A stretch of 64,000 nucleotides of DNA, taken from NCBI GenBank assembly GCA_049515535.1, contig JBEKTZ010000003.1, positions 186,001-250,000 of the forward strand, given 5' to 3'. Positions 54,420 through 64,000 of this stretch are shown piece by piece (within the stretch, counting starts at the first letter, position 1; each line of letters starts with the position of its first letter). The notes under the pieces were generated by a model. The model saw only the letters and a program-made list of their open reading frames with translations. It searched no databases and had not been told where the DNA came from. The position numbers were made by a program, and so were the translations under genes. This DNA is from Candidatus Aminicenantales bacterium (GTDB lineage: Bacteria > Acidobacteriota > Aminicenantia > Aminicenantales > UBA4085).

Positions 54420-55252
54420 TCCATCTGTTTTCTTATCCCTTTGTCCAAATGGCCCTCCTGGCGGCGCTGGTGCTGGCAGGCATCCATTCCTACTTGGGCT
54501 TTCACGTCGTCAGCCGCGGAGTGATCTTTGTCGATATCTCGATGGCCCAGGCGGCAGCCTTCGGAGCGGTTGTGGCGATGATCCTGGGATATGAGCAGCA
54601 CTCCTGGGCCGCCTATTTTGTGAGCCTCTTTTTCACGCTGAGCGGGGCGGCGATCATATCCGTCTCTCGAACCCGCGACAATCGCATCCCGCAGGAAGCG
54701 TTTATCGGAATCGTTTATGCGGGATTCTCCGCAGGGGTTATACTTCTTCTGGCGGGGCATGCCGGCGGGACCGAAGAGCTGGAGGAGGTCCTGGCCGGGT
54801 CGCTCTTGACGGTGCAGATCCATGACTTGATCTCAACGGCCATTCTCTACGCTGCGATCGGGGCGTTTCATTGGCTTCTCCGAGGACATTTTTTCCGTTT
54901 ATCACAGGACCGGGCCGGAGCAATCAAGGACGGCTGGAATGTCGGGTGGTGGGATTTTCTGTTTTATGCTTCCTTTGGGCTCGTCGTGACCTCCTCTGTG
55001 CATGTCGCCGGAGTCCTGCTCGTGTTTTCATTTTTGGTCATTCCGCCGGTGATCGCTCTCCTCTTCACGAAGAAAAAAGGATTGCGGTTGGCCGTGGGCT
55101 GGTTGGTGGCTTTTGGTGGAAGTGTGCTCGGAATCGCGATTTCCTTCTCGCTAAACCTCCCGGCGGGCCCTTCCATCGTCGGCTCGCTCGTTCTGATCTT
55201 GGTCTTATCAGTGTTGATCCGACGACTCGTCCTTATTTTTAAACCCTTTTGA
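54416..55252 (+). CDS. Zn/Mn ABC permease (ZnuB/ABC-3 family)
   Basis: RGVIFVDISMAQ, EAFIGIVY, GVLLVFSFLVIP. Confidence 0.9.
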   Translation: MIHLFSYPFVQMALLAALVLAGIHSYLGFHVVSRGVIFVDISMAQAAAFGAVVAMILGYEQHSWAAYFVSLFFTLSGAAIISVSRTRDNRIPQEAFIGIVYAGFSAGVILLLAGHAGGTEELEEVLAGSLLTVQIHDLISTAILYAAIGAFHWLLRGHFFRLSQDRAGAIKDGWNVGWWDFLFYASFGLVVTSSVHVAGVLLVFSFLVIPPVIALLFTKKKGLRLAVGWLVAFGGSVLGIAISFSLNLPAGPSIVGSLVLILVLSVLIRRLVLIFKPF

Positions 55253-55392
55253 ATCTCCGCTCCAACTGGAGCAGCAAAAACAATTTTAACAATACGGCAC
55301 AAAAATAGCGGCCGGAATGGGCGAGGTCAGCGCGAGGAAGAGAGAGACGAGGATAGCGGTTTATTTCTCATATTTCTCATGGATGGCCTCCT

Positions 55393-57633
55393 CTATTTCA
55401 GCGCGGATTGGAGGATAGCCGTCGCTTGACGGATTTCCCGGGAATAAGCCTCCAGCGTTTTCGCGACCACGATCAGCTGCTGATCAGCTTCGTCCCACTG
55501 TCTCTGTTCGATCGCCTCCCGGACGCTCGGAAGTGTCTTCACGCCGTAGCCCGTGTATAGACCCGGCGCGTAGATTTCGTGGATAAACCAGGGACGTCCT
55601 TTCAATCCCTCAGGCTTTGTGAGCGCCCGCTCGGTCCTAAAGATGATCTCGTTCAGACGCAACAGCTTGTCGCCGGCCAGTTTCCTCCCGCTTTCCTCCA
55701 GATCATACCTCGCTTTCTGATATTCCTCTGCGCTTTTTCGGAGGGTGCTGACGGCATTCTCGAGCGGCGCGAAATTCAAGTACGGAACCGGGTCCTGGGC
55801 TTTGGGCGCCCGATAGGTTTTGGCCGGATCGGCAACCTCGGCGAACACATTGTCCTGGAGCTCCCGGTCCAATTCGAGCGTCTCTTCCCTCATGTTCTGA
55901 GTCAGGGCCTTGATCTGGCTTAAATACCTGGACACGGTTTCCGCAAAATCCGAGAAGTTGAAGGGAAGAATATCGGCATCCGCCAGACGCATGACCGCAT
56001 GGCCGCCCGTCTGGGCGAGAGCCACCTCGTAGGCGAACGTCGGATCTCCGAAGCGGATAAAATGATCGAAAGAATCGTAAATGGAATGGTAGACGCCTCC
56101 TTCACTTTCACCGCCATAGCCGATATTCAGGGACGCAATGCCAATGTGTTGAAGGAAAGCAGTGTAATCGGAACCGGATCCCAGGGCGCCGATTTTCAAA
56201 TCTTTCTCCGATCGGATATCGTGTTTCTCCCCGGGAGGGCTGGCCAGAAGTCTAGCGGCCCTCGCCCTCTGCCAGACGCTGATATTCTTTTCGGGATCGA
56301 GGACGTCCCGGGCGACGTCGTTGATGAAATGCTGGAGCGTATGCGATCCTTCTATGCCGATAAACCCTCGCCCGTTGGAATCGGAATTAATGTAGGCGAC
56401 CGCTTTTTGCCGCAATTCGTCGGCGTGAGTTTCCACCCATTCCGTGGAGCCGATCAATCCCGGTTCTTCTCCGTCCCAGGCGCAATAGATGATGGTTCGT
56501 TTCGGCTTCCAGCCGCTTTTGGCCAGCTCGCCAAGCGCCTTGCCCTCCTCCATCGTCGCCACCTGTCCGCTGAGAGGATCTTCCGCCCCGTTCACCCACC
56601 CGTCATGGTGATTTCCCCTGATGATCCATTGATCCGGGTAAACGCTCCCCTTGATCATGGCGATGACATCGTAGATCGGCTTGATATCCCAGTTGAACTC
56701 CAGTTTCAGATGAACCTTGGCTGGTCCCGGCCCGACATGATAGGTCACGGGCAGAGCCCCTTTCCAATGGTCCGGCGCAACCGGCCCGGTCAAGGATTGG
56801 AGCAGGGGAAGAGCGTCATGATAGGAAATCGGAAGAACCGGTATTTTCGTCAGGACCTTGATCTCTTTGACGGGGAGATGCTTCACGCCCGGCGTCGCCC
56901 CGACAAAAGGCGTCGAGGGATCGCCGGGGTAGACGGGCATATCCACGACCGATCCTCTCTGGACGCCGAATTCGTTCCTCCAGGCGCCTTTGGGATAGAC
57001 ATCGCCGACGTAGAAACCGTCGTCTTTCGGATCGGAATAGATCAGACAACCGATCGCCCCGTGCTCTGCGGCCACTTTCGGCTTGATCCCTCTCCAGGAT
57101 CCGCCGTAACGGGTGATGACGATTTTGCCCCGAACATCGATCCCCATCCTCTCCAGCTCATCGTAGTCGGAGAGGACTCCGTAATTCACGTAGATGAGGT
57201 CACCGGTCACATCGCCGTCAATGGAGTAGGCGTTGTAGGTCGCCAGCTGCTCGGCAACCTCGCCCGAGGTTCTGTCTTCCTTCAGCGGCGGTTCTTTCAA
57301 GACCGCTGTGTACTTGAAGGGAGAAATCATCTCCAGCAGGCGCGTCTTGGGAGTCGGAAACAAGGTGCTGAACTCTTCTATGCGGGCATCGAATCCCCAC
57401 GTTTTGTACTGGGAAAGAATGAACTCGGCGTTTTCCTTATCATAAGGAGAACCCACATGATGAGGACGCGCGCTGAGTCGCTCCAGTCTGGCTTTGATAT
57501 CCTCCGAAGAAAGATGGGAATCAAACTGCTTTTCCAGGGAACGATCCAGTGGGGCATTTTGAGCATGCGCCGCGCTGCAAAGAAACCAGGGAATAAGGGC
57601 CATCATCAAAATCCATCTTGAAAGATCCTTCAT
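55393..57633 (-). CDS. Glutamate carboxypeptidase II-like M28 peptidase (PA and TfR dimerisation domains)
   Basis: GNHHDGW, AEDPLSG, WDGEEPGLIGSTEW, GSGSDY, YHSIYD. Confidence 0.92.
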   Translation of the reverse strand: MKDLSRWILMMALIPWFLCSAAHAQNAPLDRSLEKQFDSHLSSEDIKARLERLSARPHHVGSPYDKENAEFILSQYKTWGFDARIEEFSTLFPTPKTRLLEMISPFKYTAVLKEPPLKEDRTSGEVAEQLATYNAYSIDGDVTGDLIYVNYGVLSDYDELERMGIDVRGKIVITRYGGSWRGIKPKVAAEHGAIGCLIYSDPKDDGFYVGDVYPKGAWRNEFGVQRGSVVDMPVYPGDPSTPFVGATPGVKHLPVKEIKVLTKIPVLPISYHDALPLLQSLTGPVAPDHWKGALPVTYHVGPGPAKVHLKLEFNWDIKPIYDVIAMIKGSVYPDQWIIRGNHHDGWVNGAEDPLSGQVATMEEGKALGELAKSGWKPKRTIIYCAWDGEEPGLIGSTEWVETHADELRQKAVAYINSDSNGRGFIGIEGSHTLQHFINDVARDVLDPEKNISVWQRARAARLLASPPGEKHDIRSEKDLKIGALGSGSDYTAFLQHIGIASLNIGYGGESEGGVYHSIYDSFDHFIRFGDPTFAYEVALAQTGGHAVMRLADADILPFNFSDFAETVSRYLSQIKALTQNMREETLELDRELQDNVFAEVADPAKTYRAPKAQDPVPYLNFAPLENAVSTLRKSAEEYQKARYDLEESGRKLAGDKLLRLNEIIFRTERALTKPEGLKGRPWFIHEIYAPGLYTGYGVKTLPSVREAIEQRQWDEADQQLIVVAKTLEAYSREIRQATAILQSALK

Positions 57634-58053
57634 GGGGCGTCTTCCTTTCAACGGACAAAGCCGACGGGATTTAACCGATCGGCCGATCTCGTTCAATTAA
57701 AGGATTTTCCTTTTTCCGCGGCGTGGCGAATTCCCACTCCGGCCGTTGAATCCTTCCTCTTGATCACGCCAAGATTGTATCGTCGACTCATGCGATCGTC
57801 AAGGATAAGGGGAAAGCGACTTCAGCAGCTATGATCTCGATTTAAACCAGCAGAACAAGGTCTTCCACGACGCTGTCATTGCCACAGCCATCCTCTCACT
57901 CTCTTTGACGACGATCACCATCCCGGGCAAGTCGTCGAGGGAAGATGAGCGGCGCCGGCGGCTGAATATCGATTTCTGGACGAGGTTTGAGAACATATCG
58001 GGCAAGTCAGAGAGGCGAAGGGGAAGAGGGGAGAACAATTCACCTCATGGAAA

Positions 58054-61000
58054 CTACTTCTTGATCGGAAACGCCGGTATCGGCGGCAGCGTGACTTCCT
58101 TTGTCTTGAGCTCGTCGAGGATGACCTCGATAGCTTTATTCAATTGCTCGTCGATGCCCGCGTATTCCCTGGCCGGGTCATTGTCTACGTAGATGTCCGG
58201 CTCCACGCCGATGCCCTCGATGATCCATTTATCTTCCAGGCTGTAGGGCGCGAACTCCGGCTTGTTCAGAAAGCCGCCGTCGAGGAGCGGGAGGGACCCT
58301 CGGATACCGACCACTCCGCCCCAGGTCCTCTTGCCGATAAGCTTGCCCAGACCCAATTTCTTGAATCGGTAGGGGAAAATATCCCCGTCCGAGGCTGAGA
58401 ATTCGTTCATCAGGCAGACTTTGGGCCCAACCAGGACTTCGTTGGGGTCGGGACGGCCTATCGCGTCGCGGGCCATTTCCACCATGATGATCTCCCGCCG
58501 CAGCCGTTCGATGATCATGGGCGAGACGAAACCTCCGCCGTTGCCGCGCTCGTCGATGATCAGGGCCTTTTTGCGGAGCTGAGGATAGTAGTATTTGACG
58601 AATTCGTTCAGGCCCTTGAGGCTCATGTCCGGAATATGGATGTAGCCCACTTTGCCGTTGGTGGCTTTGTCGACCTTGGAGATATTCTCCTGGACCCAGG
58701 TGTAATAGACGAGCTGCTGCTCATCCTGGATCGGGACGACCACGACCTCCCGGCTTCCCTTGTCCTCCGGCTTGGCGTTGACTCTGAGGGTCACCTGCTT
58801 GCCCACGGTGTTCAGCAAGGACTCGTAGATATCCTTTAGGCCGCTGGTCGGCTGGCCGTTGACGGCCAGGATATAATCGCCGTCATGAACATCCACCCCG
58901 ATTTCGGTCAGGGGCGAGCGGAGAGTGCGGTCCCAGTTTTGGCCGCGAAGAATTTTGGCGACCTTGAAGTAACCCGAGGAATCCTTGACGACGATCGCCC
59001 CCAGCTGTCCGACCTTGACCTTGGGAATGACCGGCAGGTCACCGCCGCCGACATAGGTGTGGCCGGAGCTGAGTTCACCGATGAGCTCGCCGATGATATA
59101 GGTCAGGTCCGCGCGGGTGTTGACGGCTTTGGCCAAGGGCAGGTACTTTTGCTTCATGGCCTCCCAATCGACGCCGTGCATGTTGGGGGCGTAGAAAAAA
59201 TACTTCATCTGGCGCCAGCACTCGAGAAAAATGTGTTCCCATTCCTGCTTGAGGTCGAGGGTCATTTCCATGCCGGATAGGTCGAGCTTGGTCTCGATCT
59301 TGACCGGGCCTTGGGGCAAATCGATGATGCCGTAGGCGCCCTCCTTGAAAACCAGCATCTTCTTCTGGTCGGCCGAGATCTCATAGCCGTTGATCGGTCC
59401 GAGGTCGGTCTCCTTCTGATCCGACAGGCTGTAGGATTTCAGAATGCTGCTTCCCGGGCCGTCACCGACCTTGAGGTAATAGACCTTGTCTCCGACCGAG
59501 GCCAGGGAGGCATAGTTGGCAACTCCAACGGGCAGCCCGACGACCCTGGCCATGAGGCCATCCGGGTCCACCTTGACCGTCACCGCTGCCGGGGACTTCT
59601 CTTCCTTCTTGGGCTCGGAGGGCTTGGCCTTTTCTCCCGGCTTGGTCGGGGCGGCCTCGGCGGCTTTCTTGATCTCCACTTCATCGCTTTTGGGAGCGAA
59701 GGGAGATTTGGTCTCGGCGGCCAGCGTTACGAAATAGATCCGGGACATCGACGTGTAGGCGAAGTTCGTTTCGACCTGACTCATGATGGGGTTGAAATCC
59801 CGGTCCGACACAAAGAACAGGTACTTCCCATCCCCGCTGAATACGGGTTCGTAGCTGGCATACCATCCGTCCGTCACATCGTATGTTTTTTTGGCCGCGA
59901 GGTCGTAGAGCCGGATCTTGGGCATGACCTCGGCCTCGGGCTTGGTGTAGGCGATCCAGCGGCTGTCCGGAGACCAGGAAAACAGGCCCATCTCTCCGAC
60001 CTTGGCCTGGTCCACAACGACGACCTGCTTGGTATCCACGTCTACGTAAAGAAGACGGAACAGCTTGTCGGACCACAGGATCTTCTTGCCGTCCGGCGAC
60101 CAGCGAAGGGCATATTTATAAGTATCGGCCTTGGTGGTCAATTGGACAGGCTTGCCGTTTCCGTCCTGGGGCATCACGTAGATCTCATCCTCGCCCGTTG
60201 CGTCCGAGACGTAGGCGATCCACTTGCCGTCTGGCGACCATTTGGAATCGCGTTCATGGACGCCCGGCGTATTGGTCAGGTTCCGGACGTTGCCGAATTG
60301 GGCGGGAACCGTGAACATCTCGCCCCGGGCGCCGAATAAGGCCCGCTTGCCGTCGGGCGAAATCTCGCTGTTGGTGACACGAGAGGAAACGTTGGCGATC
60401 TTCGTCCGGCCCGAAACCTGGTCGTCCACGATGAGGATCGGGACCTTGACCGCCTTCTCCGCGGCCAGGTCGAAGCGATAGATGAAACCGCCGTTCTCGA
60501 AAACGATGGCCTTGGGCCCGAGCGAGGGGAACTTGATGTCGAAATCGGCGAATTGGGTCAGCTGCCGGGTTTGCTTGGTCTTCAGGTCGTAGGCGTAGAG
60601 GTTCATCCGCTTATTGGCGTCGCGGTCGGACAGGAAGTAGATCGTGTCCCCGCTCCACATGGGGATGATATCGCCGGCGGGGTTGTTGGTGATGTTTTCA
60701 ATCTTCTTGGTCTCGAAATCGTAGACCCAGATATCGTCCGTCATTCCGCCCCGGTAGCGCTTCCAGGTGCGGAATTCGCGAAAGATGCGGTTGTAGGCCA
60801 GCTTCTTATCGTCCGGGGAGAAGGAACAAAAACCCCCGCGCGGCAGCGGGAGCTCGATGGGCGTGCTGCCGTCGGCCGACGCCAGGTAAAGCTGGCCGAG
60901 GAAATCATTCCATTCCCTCATCCGGGAGCGGAAGACAATGTGCTTGTTATCGTGCTGCCAGCCCAGGACGATGTTGTTGGGACCCATGCGGTCCGAAACG

Positions 61001-61344
61001 TCGTCGCGGTTGAGCGAGGAGGTGAAAGTCACGCGCCGCGGCACTCCGCCCTCGGCGGGCATGACATAGACTTCGCGGGAGCCGTCGTATTCGCCGGTGA
61101 AGGCCAGAGTCTTTCCGTCCGGAGAAAAGCGGGCGAACATCTCATAGCCGGGATGGCTGGTGAGCTTGCGGGCCACGCCGCCGGCGGCCGGGACGCTGTA
61201 CAGGTCGCCGGCGCAACTGAAGACGATGGTGTCCTCGGAGACGGCCGGAAAACGCAAGACTCGCGCCTCAGGCGACTGGGCTAACAAGAATGAACTGGCC
61301 AAGACACAGAGCAATACCGAAAAAAAGAATGCTTTTTTGCTCAT
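58054..61344 (-). CDS. Tricorn-like S41 protease (beta-propellers, PDZ)
   Basis: PD40 repeats, SSGHTY, DERGNGGG, SASDGD, RTWGG, EGIGVEPD. Confidence 0.93.
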   Translation of the reverse strand: MSKKAFFFSVLLCVLASSFLLAQSPEARVLRFPAVSEDTIVFSCAGDLYSVPAAGGVARKLTSHPGYEMFARFSPDGKTLAFTGEYDGSREVYVMPAEGGVPRRVTFTSSLNRDDVSDRMGPNNIVLGWQHDNKHIVFRSRMREWNDFLGQLYLASADGSTPIELPLPRGGFCSFSPDDKKLAYNRIFREFRTWKRYRGGMTDDIWVYDFETKKIENITNNPAGDIIPMWSGDTIYFLSDRDANKRMNLYAYDLKTKQTRQLTQFADFDIKFPSLGPKAIVFENGGFIYRFDLAAEKAVKVPILIVDDQVSGRTKIANVSSRVTNSEISPDGKRALFGARGEMFTVPAQFGNVRNLTNTPGVHERDSKWSPDGKWIAYVSDATGEDEIYVMPQDGNGKPVQLTTKADTYKYALRWSPDGKKILWSDKLFRLLYVDVDTKQVVVVDQAKVGEMGLFSWSPDSRWIAYTKPEAEVMPKIRLYDLAAKKTYDVTDGWYASYEPVFSGDGKYLFFVSDRDFNPIMSQVETNFAYTSMSRIYFVTLAAETKSPFAPKSDEVEIKKAAEAAPTKPGEKAKPSEPKKEEKSPAAVTVKVDPDGLMARVVGLPVGVANYASLASVGDKVYYLKVGDGPGSSILKSYSLSDQKETDLGPINGYEISADQKKMLVFKEGAYGIIDLPQGPVKIETKLDLSGMEMTLDLKQEWEHIFLECWRQMKYFFYAPNMHGVDWEAMKQKYLPLAKAVNTRADLTYIIGELIGELSSGHTYVGGGDLPVIPKVKVGQLGAIVVKDSSGYFKVAKILRGQNWDRTLRSPLTEIGVDVHDGDYILAVNGQPTSGLKDIYESLLNTVGKQVTLRVNAKPEDKGSREVVVVPIQDEQQLVYYTWVQENISKVDKATNGKVGYIHIPDMSLKGLNEFVKYYYPQLRKKALIIDERGNGGGFVSPMIIERLRREIIMVEMARDAIGRPDPNEVLVGPKVCLMNEFSASDGDIFPYRFKKLGLGKLIGKRTWGGVVGIRGSLPLLDGGFLNKPEFAPYSLEDKWIIEGIGVEPDIYVDNDPAREYAGIDEQLNKAIEVILDELKTKEVTLPPIPAFPIKK

Positions 61345-61464
61345 GGTTTCTCCTTGCTTCATTTTTGTTAGAAAAAAACTATAGCATAGCGAATTCTCTT
61401 AAACAATATTATCTTTGTGTTTTCCGGCATATATGCTCTATAAAATAATAAAAGGAGGAGTTGG

Positions 61465-61635
61465 ATGAAAGACTATCGCTTTAAAAACGTACCCTCCCGC
61501 TAAGCTCGGAATCGAAGCAGCCCATTGCGAATTGAATATATTGCCGGCCACGGATTGTTGTCAAGCACGTGGCCAGCCTCTTGTTTTTATAAAACGATCA
61601 ACATCAAGAACAAGTCGGAGACGGAGAATAGGTAA
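61465..61635 (+). pseudogene. Degraded gene remnant, or 12-aa small ORF (MKDYRFKNVPSR), behind a strong RBS
   Basis: AAAGGAGGAG SD; early TAA; protein-like continuation in shifted frames. Confidence 0.35.
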
Positions 61636-61757
61636 GCGGCGCCGGCGGCTGAATCTCGATTGAACATCCCGGACAAGTTGGAGAGGGCGAGGGGGGATTT
61701 TTTTTATATTTTCTTCGAAAACGATATAATGAGATCCTTTAAAAGAGCGAGAAGCCG

Positions 61758-62891
61758 ATGACTTTGCACGCCAATATCCATTACATCAATTTTTCGCGCA
61801 AGCTCACGGTCACGTCCATCCTCTTCCTCATGCCTCTTTATTTCCTGAAGATCGGCTTCAACGGCTGGCAGATCGGGGCCATCATCTCTCTCTGGGCTCT
61901 GGCCCCGCTGCTCGTCTCCTTTCCCACGGGCTGGATCAACGACCGGGTCTCCATCGCCGGAGTCATCCGCGGCGGGCTGATCGTCGAATGCCTTCTTTTC
62001 GTGCTCCTCGCTTACGCCAAGGATTTTTATCTCATGGCGGCCGCTTTCCTCCTCCTCGGGATGGCCAACAACGCGCTCGACGTCTCGTTCAACAGCCTTT
62101 ACTACAAAGACGCCAAGGCGATGGACCAGAACCGGAAATACGGAATCTACGGGTTCTGGATCAGCCTGGGCCCGGCTGTAGGCGTTGTCGGCGGCGGGCT
62201 GCTGACGCGATTCGCCGATTTCCGCGTCCTGCAGCTCGTTTTCGCCGCGATCACGCTTCTGGTTTTGTTGACCGCCGGGCGATTCGACCACGAGAAATTT
62301 CACCTGGTCTCGTTCGGGGACTACCGGCGGAACCTGTTTCAGGCCAAAACGCTTCTCTTCATCGTCTTCGTTTTCGTCCTGGCCATGCACTGGAGCGTCG
62401 AAGGGACCGTCTACAGCCCGTTCCTCGAAAAAGCGTTCGGCTTGAACAGCCTCCAGGTTTCCTATTACATATCCACGGGATTGTTCTTCCTGTCCTTCGC
62501 CTCCCTGCTGGTCGGATTCCTGAAATTCAACCTCCGGACCAACAAGCGCCTCCTCGTCCTGGCCATGTTCGCCTCGGGCGCGGGCCTGGTCCTGATGGTC
62601 AATGCCAACGTTTATGTGTCTCTGGCCTTCCGGGTCGTTCATGAGATCGGCGACGGCGCCATGGCCGCGCTCCTCACGCTGTTCACTTCGCGGCTCTTCG
62701 AAAAGAGGACGATCGGAGGGAGCGCAGGGCTCATCTCGGCGATTTCGATCCTGGGCCAGATGGCCGGCGCCCTGATCTTCTCGCCGCTCGGCTATCGCTA
62801 CGGGCTCCAATATCCGTTTCTCATCTCCGGGGGGCTCCTCGTTCTCAACGCGGGATACGGGGCGCTGATTTTCCGGCGCCTCGAATATTGA
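61758..62891 (+). CDS. MFS transporter
   Basis: About 12 hydrophobic segments; motif-A-like GWINDR. Confidence 0.85.
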   Translation: MTLHANIHYINFSRKLTVTSILFLMPLYFLKIGFNGWQIGAIISLWALAPLLVSFPTGWINDRVSIAGVIRGGLIVECLLFVLLAYAKDFYLMAAAFLLLGMANNALDVSFNSLYYKDAKAMDQNRKYGIYGFWISLGPAVGVVGGGLLTRFADFRVLQLVFAAITLLVLLTAGRFDHEKFHLVSFGDYRRNLFQAKTLLFIVFVFVLAMHWSVEGTVYSPFLEKAFGLNSLQVSYYISTGLFFLSFASLLVGFLKFNLRTNKRLLVLAMFASGAGLVLMVNANVYVSLAFRVVHEIGDGAMAALLTLFTSRLFEKRTIGGSAGLISAISILGQMAGALIFSPLGYRYGLQYPFLISGGLLVLNAGYGALIFRRLEY

Positions 62892-62897
62892 TTTAGG

Positions 62898-64000
62898 ATG
62901 ATCGCTTTAAAAGGCTCGGGTTTTGACATCATTCTCGTCAGCGGCGAGCCTTATGCCGACCACCCGCTCTCGGGAGCGGGCGTCATCGCCCGCGTGCTTG
63001 ACGCCGAGGGATACAAAGTCGGCGTCATCGAACGGCCCGATTGGAAAGGGAACGCGGATTTCAAGAAGCTCGGCGCGCCGCGCCTTTTCTTCGGCCTCAC
63101 GGCCGGCTCCATCGACAGCATGCTCGTCAACTACACGCCGCTCAAACGGGCTCGGGCCAAGGATGAGCACGAGCCGTACCGGTCCGGCATGCCCGACCGG
63201 GCCGTCCTGGTTTATGCCAACAGGATCAGGCCTTTGTTCCCCGGCGTCCCCCTCGTCCTCGGCGGGATCGAGGCTTCGCTGCGTCGCTTCGCCCATTACG
63301 ATTACTGGGAGAACAAGATCCGGCGCGGCCTGTTGCTCGATTCGCGCGCCGATATTCTCGTTTACGGCCCGGGCGAGCTCCAGGCCGTCGAGATCGCCAA
63401 GCGGCTGGAGAACGGCGAGGATTTGGCCGGGATCCGCGGAACGTGCGTCGTGCGGCCGGAAGTGCCGCCGGGCTTCCGTGAAATCCCTTCGTTCGAGGAC
63501 GTGAGCGCGAGCCCTGACGCGTTCTGCCGCGCCCAAAATCTCTTTTCCAACCGCCGGGCGCTCGCCCAGCGCCATGCCGCCCGCTATGCCCTGCAGTATC
63601 CGATGCCGGATTACACTGCCGCGGATTTGGATCGGATTTACGGCCTTCCGTTTTCGCGCAAGGTCCCCGCCCATTTTCCCGAGTTCAAGATGGCCCAGTT
63701 CTCCGTGGTCACGCACCGCGGCTGTTTCGGACGCTGCTCGTTCTGCGCGCTGGCCCTCCACCAGGGCGACCGGATCGTTTCGCGGAGCGAGAAATCCATC
63801 CTCGACGAGATCTTCCGCCTGACCCGGCATCCGGATTTCAAGGGCTATATCGACGACATGGGAGGTCCGACGGCGAACATGTACGGCATGGACTGCGCCG
63901 CGGGCGAGCGGTGCGAAAAAGAGTGCCTGAGCTGCGCGAGGCTCGACCGGAGCCACCGCCGCTTGATCGCGCTCATGCGGAAAGCACGGCGGGTCCCCGG
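62898..64000 (+). CDS. ygiQ: YgiQ/UPF0313-family radical SAM protein (runs off the window; absent from the ORF track)
   Basis: Manual translation: DIILVSGEPYADHP, GGIEASLRRFAHYDYW, HRGCFGRCSFC, DMGGPTANMYG. Confidence 0.9.
   Translation, partial: MIALKGSGFDIILVSGEPYADHPLSGAGVIARVLDAEGYKVGVIERPDWKGNADFKKLGAPRLFFGLTAGSIDSMLVNYTPLKRARAKDEHEPYRSGMPDRAVLVYANRIRPLFPGVPLVLGGIEASLRRFAHYDYWENKIRRGLLLDSRADILVYGPGELQAVEIAKRLENGEDLAGIRGTCVVRPEVPPGFREIPSFEDVSASPDAFCRAQNLFSNRRALAQRHAARYALQYPMPDYTAADLDRIYGLPFSRKVPAHFPEFKMAQFSVVTHRGCFGRCSFCALALHQGDRIVSRSEKSILDEIFRLTRHPDFKGYIDDMGGPTANMYGMDCAAGERCEKECLSCARLDRSHRRLIALMRKARRVP

Noticed and set aside
57780..58050. Small ORFs between the M28 and tricorn genes
   Set aside because: No RBS or recognisable motif; cannot support a call.
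62907..63956. 349-aa minus-strand ORF
   Set aside because: Antisense shadow of the ygiQ radical SAM gene, which runs off the window.

Overview
A GC-rich bacterial chromosomal window. The gene content (GWxTD protein, TPR sulfatase-like protein, Oar-like TonB receptor, ECF/anti-sigma/DUF4097 cassettes) suggests Acidobacteriota, possibly Ca. Aminicenantes; this is inference only. The left ~5.2 kb is a lower-GC defence island: GmrSD-like DUF262-HNH, a PD-(D/E)XK nuclease and a Zn-ribbon adenine methyltransferase. The rest is mostly polymer and peptide degradation and transport (GH38, GH116, tricorn, M28, cyanophycinase, TonB receptor, ABC systems), plus purM and tRNA-Ala(CGC). It also holds a marR-hgcA-hgcB mercury-methylation operon with a near-consensus sigma70 promoter overlapped by a palindrome. 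The most striking unannotated signal is a dispersed palindromic element in five full copies (three of 63 bp, two of 102 bp) plus fragments. Each full copy follows a YTCNAC site and ends in AC. Removing two of the copies in silico restores plausible gene C-termini, which points to a non-autonomous mobile element. Several gene remnants are also present. All calls come from reading motifs by eye; no searches were run.
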